This document shows, piece after piece, positions 1 through 11,560 of a stretch of DNA of 64,000 nucleotides (its first letter is position 1; each line of letters starts with the position of its first letter). The notes beneath the pieces were generated by a model, which saw only the letters and a program-made list of their open reading frames with translations, had not been told where the DNA came from and did not search any database. Source of the DNA: Octopus sinensis (Eukaryota); contig NC_043016.1 of assembly GCF_006345805.1 (NCBI RefSeq), positions 15,810,001 to 15,874,000 on the forward strand, in the 5' to 3' direction. The translations under genes and the position numbers were made by a program.

Positions 1-183
1 CATCTGTGACCATCCCATTTATATCCAGACACATTGTATCTAAGATTACGTTATCCAACATGTCCTTCCTTATTTCAAGAGTATGGGGTGTGATTAGATT
101 GTTGGTCATTTAGAGATTCCCTCATTGGCTCACAATGTGAATTGTTATTTTTTTGGGGTCATTATAATAGCAGTTGAAGACAT

Positions 184-430
184 TTGAAAATTTCATGGAC
201 AGATTATAAAATCAAGGACGAAGTTGGAAGAATGGTAAAGGGAGAAGAAAATTTATTACGCAATAAAAAGAGAAAAATAAAAATATTTTGCTTAGGATTG
301 GAAAAAAAAAATTCAGAAACTTTTAATAGAATACAAAATAAGTGGGGAAAGAGGAAAATAAAACCCAAAATTATGTGCATGGATGATATCAAGAATTGGA
401 CAGACTTATATCATCGATGTGCTTATAAGG
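184..430 (+). mobile_element. Decayed RTE-type LINE C-terminal fragment
   Basis: KISWTD...EV...KKRKIKIF...GKRK..PKI..MDDIKNWT resembles the RTE/BovB-type ORF end. Confidence 0.65.
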
Positions 431-479
431 ACAGCACAAGACTTGATTGTTCTCATTCTGGTCGACAATGTAATTAACA

Positions 480-2720
480 TCCTTGGTCAATCCAATTCAA
501 GTGGTATGACAGTACTGTTTCAGAAAAGTTTGGATCTACAGGTAAATAGATCCTTGCTAAATCTGGTCGGTAACTCACTCATCCTAGACATCAATAGCAG
601 GAAGAATGATGGTGGTGCTTTCTGACTAGTGACCAAGTACACCTTAACAGAAGCAGAGTAGCCGGTACTCATTATTGTTTGTAAATGTCCACAGATATTA
701 TATGAGAGTTACTGACAGGAGACAAGGTGTGGACACCCAAACAATAAGTTCCAACTGTCTAACAGATATTGTCTAAATTTCCATAATACTCCAAAATAGA
801 CTTGGACAAATTACAGCAGGTTATTTTTGAGTAGTTTGCTATATAGACAACAAATCTGTGATCTATATAGTCAATGAAGATCAGTAATTGGTAGCTAACA
901 TGCCTTTCCTTGTAGAGAAAGACAAATCTACAATTATATATTTGATAGACTGCAACGAGAGCATGTTATCTGATTCCAGATAAATGCAAGTGGTTTTCCA
1001 GAAGCGGTTTGCAGAAATTTTTGTCAGAGATGATGATTTTAATGACTACCTGGACAGTCTACTATGACTCTTGATTAGGTTCTCAGAGTACAGTGAAAAA
1101 CTGATTTCATTGTGTGTGTTGAGCCTCTATTCAAAGTATGAACAGTTGGAACTGAATAGTCTGCCAATGAGCTTCATGTCATTTTGCTACTGTCTCGGTA
1201 GTTGTCTGCTGTAGATGGCCGTTGGTTAGGAGCATTCTGAGTCACATGAACCAGAGAATGGTGATGCTGCCAAGGAAGGATCCAAACAAGGCATCATAAT
1301 TAACAACTTCTGGCCCATAACTGCTATGTGTAGAGTTGAAGATTTTGACAATGATTCTTGACAAGAGGTTGGTGTATGCTGTCAGTAGTGCAGATAAAGA
1401 TGCAAACTTATACATTCCTTGCCATTAGAACAGTTTTGGTCCCATTTTCAGAAATTGAATGTCTCTAAAGTATTGCAGCATTGTTCTTTGATCAAGCAAA
1501 ATGGTCAAATCTCAGAACCATTTTGTATTGTGCAGTCTTTATATCAAAGATTTTCCCTCTCCTATTGGCATTATGTTTTGGTGCTAGAATTATTGTTTTG
1601 GAAGTGGGGAACTTTGAAAGGAAGCATTCTTGAACTAGGGCATAGGAGAGCTGTATCTACAAATGCGGATAATGTCAGACACATCAGAAATCAAAAAAAT
1701 CAGCTATATACTGGGGGAGCATTACAAAGTTGTATTAATGAAGAGATTGGTGTTGCATCTTCACAGCTAAAGAAACAAGCACATATTAGCAAGAGGCAGT
1801 TTCTGCTGCTGGACTGAAATTCTGGTTAAGGTGTTCATGGCTGATTCGAACCATACCCCTGGGTGGAGAAACCTTAATAAGTGGTGGTGAGCAAGGTGGC
1901 TTGTCTCATTCAGGAATTGGTTCAGAGGATGTCTGTGAAAGTTTGGGTGGAAGTAGCAGATGTCTATATAACGGTGGTGCTTTGCTACCATTGATCCATC
2001 ATGTCTTGTCCCATAAAACAATTGACAGAATGAGTCCGTTTCCTTTTTTTTGTCTTTTGTAGAAGGGACAGGTTTTACTGGTCAGGAGATCCATCTGCTA
2101 CACACACTAATTCCATTGCAGAGAAGGGGAGGGTCTCTGAATGCCATCATTGATTTTGGGAAAGCATGCATTAAGGCTGGGATCACTGCACCAATAATGG
2201 TAAGCAGAAACGGACACCTTTTTATAGTTTATCTCCTTGATCAAGCTACACTTTTGGGTGAAGCTCAGACCAACATTGGGTTCTTGATATTTGGATTGTT
2301 GCTGGTATTCAGGCACTCTACCAGCTGAACAATAACCAGTGGAATGTTGACCTTAATATTCTATAATGGGTTAATGGGTGGTATGAATGATAATGACCTG
2401 GCAGTACTTCAGGAAGGCTTTTCTAGTTAGAGATGAACTCCACAAGTATGGAAGTAGCTGCAGGTGAACCTGTTTAAGATGTATACAGAACAATAAACCC
2501 ATCCTATATACATCTGTTCAGTGTCCAACCATTGTCCGTTTGTGGGTTTGCATTGGACAGTTGTGTGTGTCAGACAGATCTGTCTATCAACCAAATATAG
2601 TATTAACCTGCTTTTGACAAAGGAAGGTGACTTGTCCTTACTCTGCCTGGTTCTACTGTGAAAGAAAATTGGGGATTGAAGGGATTGAGAACAAGGATTC
2701 TTCTCACTGGCCATTCTGTC
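480..2720 (-). mobile_element. Heavily decayed I/Jockey-group LINE (possible PHD remnant, APE, linker, start of RT)
   Basis: Scattered motifs across frames: KTAQ..DHF..IKNNAAIL linker, PLLENHLHLS, GVHTLSP (GVPQG remnant); many stops. Confidence 0.5.
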
Positions 2721-2909
2721 ATTAACCTATTAAGAACCTGCTGAAGAGGAAGGTGGAGATATAGGTGCTGCCACTTTCTATGTTTTATGAAAGATGGATG
2801 AGAACAATAAGACTTTTGTTTTGTCTGGGGAAAGTTATTCTGTTTTAATGTCTTATTAATTAACACACTCACTGGTTTGATTTCCATTCATTTACTTATT
2901 TATTCATTT

Positions 2910-3062
2910 TTATTCTAAAATTTTCATTGCTTTTTGTAACCTCTTCAGTAGCTGTTGACTGTCCATTATCAGAGCTGCAGGGAAGCTGACCTCTATGATG
3001 GTACATACCTTTTCCACTCTGTCCCAAACAACAATATCCAGTCTGTTATGCTTACATTTGAC
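2910..3062 (-). mobile_element. Fragment of a restriction-like-endonuclease (RLE) non-LTR element
   Basis: KCKHNRLDIVVWDRVEKVCTIIEVSFP matches the RPD-IV...IIEV..P RLE motif of R2/R4/NeSL-type elements. Confidence 0.65.
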
Positions 3063-3149
3063 AAATGTATATATGTATGGATGGGTGGGTGGGTGGGTGG
3101 ATGCATGCATGCATGTACGTGTGTATGTATGTGTGTACGTACCTATGTC

Positions 3150-3900
3150 AAGTTGATCCAGTGTGCCTCCATGTTGGTAGAGTATGGAGGACTGTTTTCT
3201 TGTCATCATATTGTCTCAAATGTTCATTTAGTCTTTCCGCAATTCTCCTATATGTCTCAGCAATGTATGTCATGTTCTTGTCTTTACAAGCACCCTCTAT
3301 GCACCTTATGCTGTGGATTACATTTCTAGTTCTAAAGTTTACATACCTATTTCTATTTCTTTACTGCCCACAAGGGGCTAAACACAGAGGGGACAAACAA
3401 GGACAGACATAGGTATTAAGTTGATTACATCGACCCCAGTTCGTAACTGGTACTTAATTTATCGACCCCGAAAGGATGAAAGGCAGAGTCGACCTCGGCG
3501 GAATTTGAACTCACAACGTAACGCAGACGAAATACCGCTAAGCATTTCGCCCGGCGTGCTAATGTTTCTGCCAGCTCGCCGCCTTAAAGTTTACATACCA
3601 TGCAGTTCTCATTGGTGCATGTGGTATTCTCAAAGGGGTGCATCCTATATAATTGTTTATCTGATGGTGCTCCCTGGCTTTCCAACGATCTTCATGTTGA
3701 GTTTGGTCTCCTTCAGAGCTTTCCTAAATCCATGGGCTGTGGCCTCTACAAACACCACTTGATATTTGTCAGCCTTGTACCATGTGTTCACACTGTTTAC
3801 TTTGTCACAAACATTCTGTATCCTATTCCAGTCTTTATCTCTGTATCTAGGACAGGTACCACTTGTTTCATTACACATAATGCTGTCTAACTTCTTTCTA
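3150..3900 (-). mobile_element. Penelope-like element fragment (RT thumb, Cys linker, GIY-YIG), interrupted by a SINE
   Basis: VFVEAT...ALKETKLNMKIVGKPGSTI...PFENTTCTNENCMVCK then, after the SINE, RNVIHSIRCIEGACKDKNMTYIAETYRRIAERLNEHLRQ (GIY-YIG pattern). Confidence 0.8.
3348..3584 (-). mobile_element. tRNA-derived SINE (Meta-domain-like body), full length with 15-bp TSD
   Basis: A-box-like GGCAGAAACATTAG, B box GAGTTCAAATTCC, body GCCTTTCATCCTTTCGGGGTCGATAAA; perfect TSD TAAAGTTTACATACC at 3333-3347 and 3585-3599. Decayed relatives at about 4580-4780, 4835-5005, 13390-13500, 18500-19200, 27615-27840, 38680-39320 (three), 43270-43490, 47355-47820, 51470-51660, 63590-63740. Confidence 0.88.
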
Positions 3901-4108
3901 TCTCCCCTGTATACAATAAGATTGATGATGGCTAAATGAACCTATTCTGAATATGTGATTGTAAACAGGAAGCAAGAAATAGGAAGACGGGTGAGGGCAC
4001 TGCTGATGTTTTTATAACAGATTAACTGAAGTCTTTGTATGGGATTTTCCCTCTGAGTTACGTAATACGATCCCCTCACACCTTTTGAAAAGATTCTCTT
4101 GTTAATAC

Positions 4109-4478
4109 TTATTACCTCTGCCTTAGCGAAGGCAGAGGTATTGTTTTCAGTTATGTTTGTTTGTCCGTGGACAAGATATCTCAAGAACCGCTCGATGGAT
4201 TCGGATGAAACTGTCAGGGATGTTTGGCTTCATGAATAGCACAAAGTGATTAGATTTTGGGATCGATCTGGTACAGGACAAATATTCTGGATTATTTTTC
4301 CTGTTTTTTTACTTAAGTTTTGAGAGCATTCAGGTTCATTCTTAGTATTCTCATTCGTGAGAGCAGTCGAGTTTATTTCAGTTATTCTCATTTCAAAAAT
4401 CATCCCTGGCTAATCGTTGAGAGGACGTTGGTGTTGCCTTGGAGGAGGTTTGTGCTCTTGTTATGTTTGCTTTCTTTT
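4109..4478 (+). mobile_element. DINE-1/HINE-like (Helentron-associated) non-autonomous element
   Basis: 5' TTATT followed by a perfect 11-bp hairpin ACCTCTGCCTT-AGCG-AAGGCAGAGGT (4114-4139), tgtttgtttgtccgt and GATATCTCAAGAAC core, 3' subterminal ttggaggaggtttgtgctct. Confidence 0.65.
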
Positions 4479-5145
4479 TACTTAATATAAACCTCCCATT
4501 ATATTCTACTTAAGTCCTTTTACTGTATCCACTGTGTTTGGCCCTTGCAGCTAATAAACTATTATTATTATTATTATTGAACTAACAGAATCATTGGCAA
4601 CCTGGGCGAAATGCTTCATGATATTTCATCCATCTTTGCATTCTGGATTCAAATGCTGCAGGGGTTGACTTTGCTTTTCATCCTTTAAGTATCAGTAGCG
4701 CACGGGGAAGGGGGTGGTGGTGATGTAATCAACTTGCTCTCCCACCCAAAAATTGCTGGCCTTGTACCAAAATTTGAAACATTATTATTATTATTATTAT
4801 TGTTTTAGTTGTTGTTGTTAAATATTAAAATGGTAAGCTGTTAGGATCATTAGCACATCAGACAAAATGTTTAACAGCACTTCTTCAGACTCTGAGTTCA
4901 AATTCTGCTGAGATTGATAATACAAGTATGTTAAGCTCCAGGGTCAGTATAATCAACTAACCCCTTCCTCCTAAAATTGATAGCCTTGTGCCAAAATTTG
5001 AAACTGCCAGCAGCAGCAGCAGTAGTCGTAGTATTAGTAGTAGACTTGTAATTTGGTGAGAATGGATATATCCAGAGTTTCTCCACGGAGGTTTGGATTA
5101 CCATATTCATACTTGAAGGGAAAATGTTGCTGTCAGATAATTTTC

Positions 5146-5552
5146 GCAGGAGTGGCTGTGTGGTAAGTAGCTTGCTAACCAACCACATGGTTCCGGGTTC
5201 AGTCCCACTGCGTGGCATCTTGGGCAAGTGTCTTCTGCTATAGCCCCGGGCCGACCAAAGCCTTGTGAATGGATTTGGTAGACGGAAACTGAAAGAAGCC
5301 TGTCGTATATATGTATGTGTATGTGTGTGTTTGTGTGTCTGTGTTTGTCCCCCTAGCATTTGCTTGACAACCGATGCTGGTGTGTTTACGTCCCCGTCAC
5401 TTAGCGGTTCGGCAAAAAGAGACCAATAGAATAAGTACTGGGCTTACAAAAGAATAAGTCCCGGGGTCGATTTGCTTGACTAAAGGCGGTGCTCCAGCAT
5501 GGCCGCAGTCAAATGACTGAAACAAGTAAAAGAGAGAGAGAGAGAGAGAGAG
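5146..5552 (+). mobile_element. tRNA-derived SINE with CORE-like segment, internal (TA/TG)n and 3' (GA)n tail
   Basis: A box TGGCTGTGTGG, B box GGTTCAGTCCC, CTTGGGCAAGTG core; near-identical copies elsewhere in the window. Confidence 0.9.
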
Positions 5553-5582
5553 TAATAATAATAATGAAATTATTGTATCCAG

Positions 5583-5723
5583 TGGGCTCAGGTGCCCCAC
5601 AACTTGTCAAAAGTGTGTATAAAGCATATGCAGTAATGTACAAATGTCTGGGAAGGGAACAGGATATGATGAGTCAGATAGCAGAGTATTACCCTGCTTA
5701 CTTTGGGGTGAAAAAGAAACAAG
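5583..5723 (+). CDS. Candidate penultimate exon of an unidentified plus-strand gene
   Basis: gtatccag|TGGGC...AACAAG|gttta; 141 nt, phase 1 to 1, open frame GSGAPQLVKSVYKAYAVMYKCLGREQDMMSQIAEYYPAYFGVKKKQ. Non-repetitive and not recognised as a TE. Confidence 0.5.
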
Positions 5724-6268
5724 GTTTATTCTTGTATGTTTCAGATTTTGTAACCAATCACTGCTTGTTAATCGGTTACAGGCTTCTTTTGCTGGGGTAA
5801 CAGCGAGAAGTACCAATAAATAAGAAAGCAGCAGCAGTCATGCTCTCAAGGAATAAATTTGTAAAAGCATAAATACAGAATTAAATTTAAAAAAACAAAC
5901 AGATTAACAGAAGATAAAATAAGAAAATGAACATGGGTCAGGCAGATGTCACAAACTTGCAAAAATTTCCAAACAACAAAAATAATAATTCACTCCTTCT
6001 GCTACTAATCAAAATAATAATAATAATAATAAATAAAAAACAACAACAACAACAACAAGGATTAAGGCAATGAACACAGCTGTCATGGAATGTTATTACA
6101 AATAAAAATATATTGGGGTAAGCAAACAAAATAATTATCTAGGATCCTGGGCACCTCGTTATTATTAACCCAAAATAAGTGGGGTTTTTTTTACACCATC
6201 CTGTATCAAATGGCTATGTATCTGCTGTCTACAATATTTGCAATAATTTTTTTTTTTTTTAAATTTAG

Positions 6269-6342
6269 AATCTTTCATTCCAGTGATAGAAACTGTTTTG
6301 GACCAGGAATTGAAACTGCGTCAATGTTTCTATTCACATTGA
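6269..6342 (+). CDS. Candidate terminal coding exon of the same plus-strand gene
   Basis: Long T-tract then aaatttag acceptor; phase 1 gives (E)SFIPVIETVLDQELKLRQCFYSH*, compatible with the 5583-5723 donor. Confidence 0.5.
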
Positions 6343-6496
6343 TATAAAAGCATGATTTTCAAACTCGCACCCTTCTTCCAAAGATTCAGTGGAATTATGT
6401 AATTTCAAATTGTTCCAGCTACATGTCTGCTATTTGGAACCACGACGGTTTGGTCTGTTATTTATATTTACTCATTTTTTAATGTTACTTTTTGAG

Positions 6497-9088
6497 TTAA
6501 CCTGTTGATGATGAAGGGAAGCTCATTAGGGGATATAGAAAGAGAATGCAGGACATTATGGGACAGGGACTCTGTGGCCAGGCAAGGATCATAAGGAAGA
6601 AAGGATGGCTAACAGCGTTAGAGTTTGGTGAGATTTAGAAGAAAGTAATGATTGAAAACATGAGTGAAGTTGAAATGGCAGAAAGAATGTTGACAAGGTT
6701 GTGCTTAGGAAGATTGTACTGGTTTAAGTCTTGAGAATATGGAAGGACAGAGGAATGATTGACGATGTCTCTAGTATCATTGAGAAAAATCTGGACAAGG
6801 AAGTAAATGGATTCAGGAAATGGATAGAATTTTGCTCAGGGGATGAACTCAGAAGGTGAATAAGATATTGAGAAAAAAAAATTAAGATAAATATTATAAC
6901 TGGAACAAATAGATTGATTAAAGCTTGTGTCACCTACAGAGGAAAGAAAGTAGGCCTCAAGACAAACCATAAAAGAGGAAATGTAGAAAAAAGCCTTGGA
7001 GGAAAAGAAGAAGAAAGCAATCAATGAATACATATCAACATTTTGGAAAGAAAGAAACAAGAGGAAATCAGGAAGAACTGTAGGTATAGGATAAAAAGAT
7101 AAAAAGGTGGTTAAATGTAGTTCTTGAAGAGCTGAAACAAAGACTGCTGGCTAAAGTGACAAAGATCAAGAGATATGATTAAAGAGTTGAATAATTTAAA
7201 ATCAGCAGATTGTTCCAACAGGATCAGACAAAGGTTTATCAGAAGCTGAATGGAAAGGTTAAAAGCAGTGAGAAACCAGATGCTGAAGAAAGTAGGAGGT
7301 TTTGGAGTAACAACTAAGATAACGAAAAAAAAGCATAATAAAGATGCCTAATGGTTGAAGGAATTAAGATGGGAAAAGTATGAAATAAAACAGCAATATA
7401 AAAATGGTGACAAAGCAGACAACAAAGATCCCAAACTGGAACTGCCCTTGGCTGGATGGCATACAAGGGTGTTGGCTGGAAAATTTCTAAGCATTATACA
7501 AAACAACATCTGTGCAAATGGATAAACTAATCAACAATGGGGTGGAAATTCCAAAGTGTTTGACCACAGGTAAAATGGTTCTTTGCCAAAAGGATCCCAG
7601 TAAAGGTAATACAGTGGATAATTACTGGCCTATCTTCTGTTTACCCTTGATGTAGAAGTAGATGACAGAAATAATGTCTAATAGTGGAAAGGAATGACAG
7701 ACTGCCAGTGGAACAGAAGGAAAAACCAAGGGACAAAAGATCAACTTCTGATAGATAGAATGGTGCTGAATAACCGCAGGAAAAGATGTACTGATCTGGG
7801 CATGGTGAGGACCAATTATAAGAAAGTGTACGACATGGTTCCCTATTCTTGGATTTTAGAAAGTTTTGAGCTTGTAAAAGTGTCTGATAACATTTAAAAT
7901 TTTATCAGGAGATCAAGGAAGAGCTGGAATACAGTCAACATCATGTGGAGAACTTTTGGCGAGGGTTAACATCAAGAGAGGCATATTTCAAAGGGATAAC
8001 CATTCACCATTGCTGCTTTGTGATTTGTATGATACCCCTCACACAGATACTGCAGAATGTGACATTGGGGTACATCTTGAAAAATGGTGTAAAGTTAAAT
8101 TACCTTTAATATACTGGTTGCTGTATGCTCTCATACAATTAACTGGAGCAAGTGAGATTGAGAGCTCTGAGAAATAAAATGATAAATAATTAAATGGAGG
8201 GAATAAGATTGAAGCTATCAACAACACCTGGGCGGTTTCACTCCTTAGATGTGGAGCAGGGGTAATTGCATGGACAGTAGATAAACTAAACAGCTTAGAC
8301 AGAAAGACAAGGAAGTTGCTTACTAGATGTGGGACACTCCACCCAAAAAGTGACACAGACTGTATGTACCAAGAAAAAGAGGGGGAAGAGGACTTATTGG
8401 ATGCGAACACAGCATTAAAGCAGAGGAAAACAACAGCATGGTATGTGAAAGTGCCACGGAACCGTTATTATTAGAAGTAGGAAGGTCAGGCTGGTGTAGG
8501 ATGAAAGATTGCAAAGATCTAGCCCAGAAGGAATATAAGAGGTGCCACGACAGTATAGCCAGGCTTGTCCATTGGACACTCTGCAACAAGTATGGACTTG
8601 ACAGAACAAAAAATTGGTACGACCACAAACCCGGAGGCATTGTCGAAAATAAAAACACAAAGATCATATGGGATTTTATGATTCAGTGCGACCATGAGAT
8701 AGAGAATAGGAAACCAGACATAGTCTTAACTGAGAAAGAAAACAAACTATGCTGGGTCATAGACATAGCAAGATATGCGATAAGGAAGAAAGAAAAGTTG
8801 ATAGGTATGACAGGTTAGCTTGGGAGGTAAAACAGTTGTGGTCGATAAAAGGGTGGTAGTGGTACCAATAATTGTTGGAGCCCTGGGAACAGTGAGCAAA
8901 AATCTCGAGAAGTACGTGGAACAAATAGGGGCTGCAATAAGGGTGGAACACTTGCAAAAAAAGAGCACTGCTTGGAACCGCTGGAATACCCTGGAAGGTG
9001 CTCGAAAAAGAAGAGGTGTTACCTTAGTTCACTGGTAGTGAACAGCTGGCACTGTAGTACATCTCCAGCGTTAGAAGCTGTGCAAAAG
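6497..9088 (+). mobile_element. Decayed, near full-length R4/Dong-clade (RLE) non-LTR retrotransposon
   Basis: PVDDEGKLIRGYRKRM N-terminus; GTKDQLLIDRMVL...YKKVYDMVPYSWI and VNIKRGIFQ RT motifs (MDD region lost); YKRCHDSIARLVHW...WDFMIQCDHEIENRKPDIV...VIDIA RLE; VVPIIVGALG. Confidence 0.88.
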
Positions 9089-9279
9089 AAATGGTAAAAT
9101 GCAGGGGACTTTCATATACACTTAAAAGTAGTAGATTCTGACCAATGTGGTTTCAAGTGAAATGGGTAGAGCATATCTGACTGTATGCCTAGTCTCCTAG
9201 ACAAGGTGAAGTGACATACTCAGTTGATCTCCCACACACAGGCTTGTGCTGTGACACAGGGGTCACAAATAGGGATACA

Positions 9280-9560
9280 GGTAGTGACATCAACCTTTAG
9301 GTCATCATCTTTCTGGCTCAGACTGGACAGGTGGTGAATATCAAGGAGACTAAAAATATGTGACCAAGAGAGATCTGAATGGATATACAAATCCTAAATA
9401 ACTGTGAAAACCATAAAGACATACTGGAGCTGTGCCTCAAGGTATAGAAAGAAAAGCAATGTGACTGATGCTACAGGGCAGAAAGCTCAGGTCTGTAGCT
9501 GTGGCAGTAAAGGGTCACTCAAAAACTGGAAAAGTGAAGGAGGAGAGTGATGGTCAGCAG
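9280..9560 (+). mobile_element. Possible decayed C-terminal RLE fragment of a HERO/NeSL-like element
   Basis: IIFLAQTGQVVNIKE and GIERKA...AES..LW...WKSEGG remnants across frames. Confidence 0.35.
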
Positions 9561-10835
9561 CAGAACCAACAACAAATTCCAGAAGTTGCCATGGCTAAAG
9601 CACTTCTGAAGAAAGCCAAATTGCTCAAGTGTACTGTTTCTTCTTGATAAGTAATGGGAAAATGATGATTAGAGCGGTGGATTATCCTGATCTGACTCAG
9701 GAAGTTGTGTGTTTTCCTTTAAATCATCTTTTAAATATGTCTGTATGTTTTGGGTAATTATAAGAAAGAAAGCGTAGGACAATTTTTTTCCCAGTAATTA
9801 CCTGAAAAAAAGTACCCAACTTTCTCTGTAAGAGTGGTTGACATTAAGAAGGGCATCCAGCCAAAGACGGCACTGGAACTTGATGCCGCCCAGCAGCCCC
9901 CCTGTCAAACTGTCCAACAGCATGGAAAGCAGACATGAAATGATGATGATGATAAGGACACACAGTTTTACTCTTTCCTCATTTCTATAAAGCTTTATTT
10001 TGTTTATCCTCAAACATTTTGTAACATCGTTAGTGCCGCCTGACTGGCTCCCATGCTGGTGACACATAAAAACACCATTCAATCCTGGTTGATGCCAGTA
10101 CCACCTGACTTACCCTGTGCTGGTGGCACGTAAAAATCACCCGCTACACTTTTGGAGTGGTTGGTGTTAGGAAGGGCAACAGGCTGTAGAAACACTGCCA
10201 CATCAGATTGGAGCCTGGTGCAGCCTCCTGGCTTGCCAGTCCTCAAACTGTCCAACCCATGCTAGCATGGAAAGTGGACGTTAAACGATGACAAGATGAT
10301 GATGATTACTGTACATGTCCAATTTAAGATAGTAAGGTTTCTTGCTGTACTGCCTTACTTAGAGCAGGTCAAACAACTACACAGTGGCTCAAAGTAAAGG
10401 TGGCAGCTGTTTAATCCGAGATCAGTGCTGTTAGAACACATCAATGATGAAAATGTTTCAGCTATGACCTCTTACTTCTTTGTACTTGGGAGACAACATT
10501 TCTGGTATATCTTCTATTTATGTGTGACTGAAAAAGATTTGGTTGTTGTTTTCAGCAAGACGAGTAACCATGCTAAAGCTGCCTTGTTGAACATCTAGAC
10601 CAGCTGACATGCATTAATAATACGTTACATGTGAAACAATATTGTTAAGCAACAATATAGCAGACAGACAGACAGACTGGTTGATACTCTCCTTTGCTGG
10701 AAAATTATTCTCTTCTCATATCCTATTTATTTTTTTGTTTGTTTTAGAAAGAAGTAGGAAAGTGGTTAATGTAAGAGATTATGGGAAGTATGAATGGTTT
10801 AAGTGGTGGCAGTGTTTCAGTTACATTATCATCAT

Positions 10836-11560
10836 TTAATGTCTACCTTCCATGCTGGCATGGGTGGTAGGATGGTTTGATTGGAGCTGGCCAGGCAGGA
10901 GCCTGCACCAGACTTCTGTGTCTATTTTGGCAGAGTTTTTACAGCTGGATGCCCTTCCTAACACCAACCACCCAGCAGAGTGGACAGAGTGCTTTTTATG
11001 TGGCACAAGTAGAGGTGAGGTCAGTTTTGGCAAGGTTTGTACAGCTGGATGCCCTTCCTAACACCAACCACCCAGCAGAGTGGACAGAATGCTTTTTATG
11101 TGGCACAAGTAGAGGTGAGGTCAGTTTTGGCAGAGTTTTTACAGCTGGATGCCCTTCCTAACACCAACCACCCAGCAGAGTGGACAGAATGCTTTTTATG
11201 TGGCACAAGTAGAGGTGAGGTCAGTTTTGGCAAGGTTTTTACAGCTGGATGCCCTTCCAAATGCCAACCACTTTGCAGGGTGGACAGAGTGCTTTTTAAG
11301 TGGCACCTGCACTGGCAGGGTCACCAAGTAAGTGATTTGTAAGACAAAATATTTTTTGAGATGGGAGAGGGCATTGTCAGTGGTGAACTTGTGTCAGATG
11401 ATGAAAGGTTATGGTGAGAGAGAGAGAGAGACAGACAGAAACAGGTGTCTTGATGTAGAGGAAGTACAAGGTTACCCAACTGGGGAGAGAGAGAGAGAGA
11501 CAGAAACAGGTGTGCTGTCACAAAGGTTTGCAGCAGCATACCTGTTTCTGTCTTCATCCC
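10836..11560 (-). mobile_element. RTE 3' UTR piece (subfamily of the 51945-54155 copy) containing the 100-bp tandem array
   Basis: 11320-11560 is the reverse complement of a sequence similar to 53640-53860; terminal tail at 10830. Confidence 0.75.
10931..11300. repeat. Tandem repeat, 100-bp unit, about 3.7 copies
   Basis: ACAGCTGGATGCCCTTCC at 10941, 11041, 11141 and 11241; units nearly identical. Confidence 0.95.

Noticed and set aside
3990-4012. 22-nt micro-exon candidate (cag|GAAGCAAG...ACGG|gtgag) upstream of the plus-strand exons
   Set aside because: The phase fits, but it is too short to distinguish from chance without transcript data.
10931-11300. Possible CRISPR array
   Set aside because: Whole 100-bp units are near identical, with no unique spacers; a TE-derived tandem repeat.
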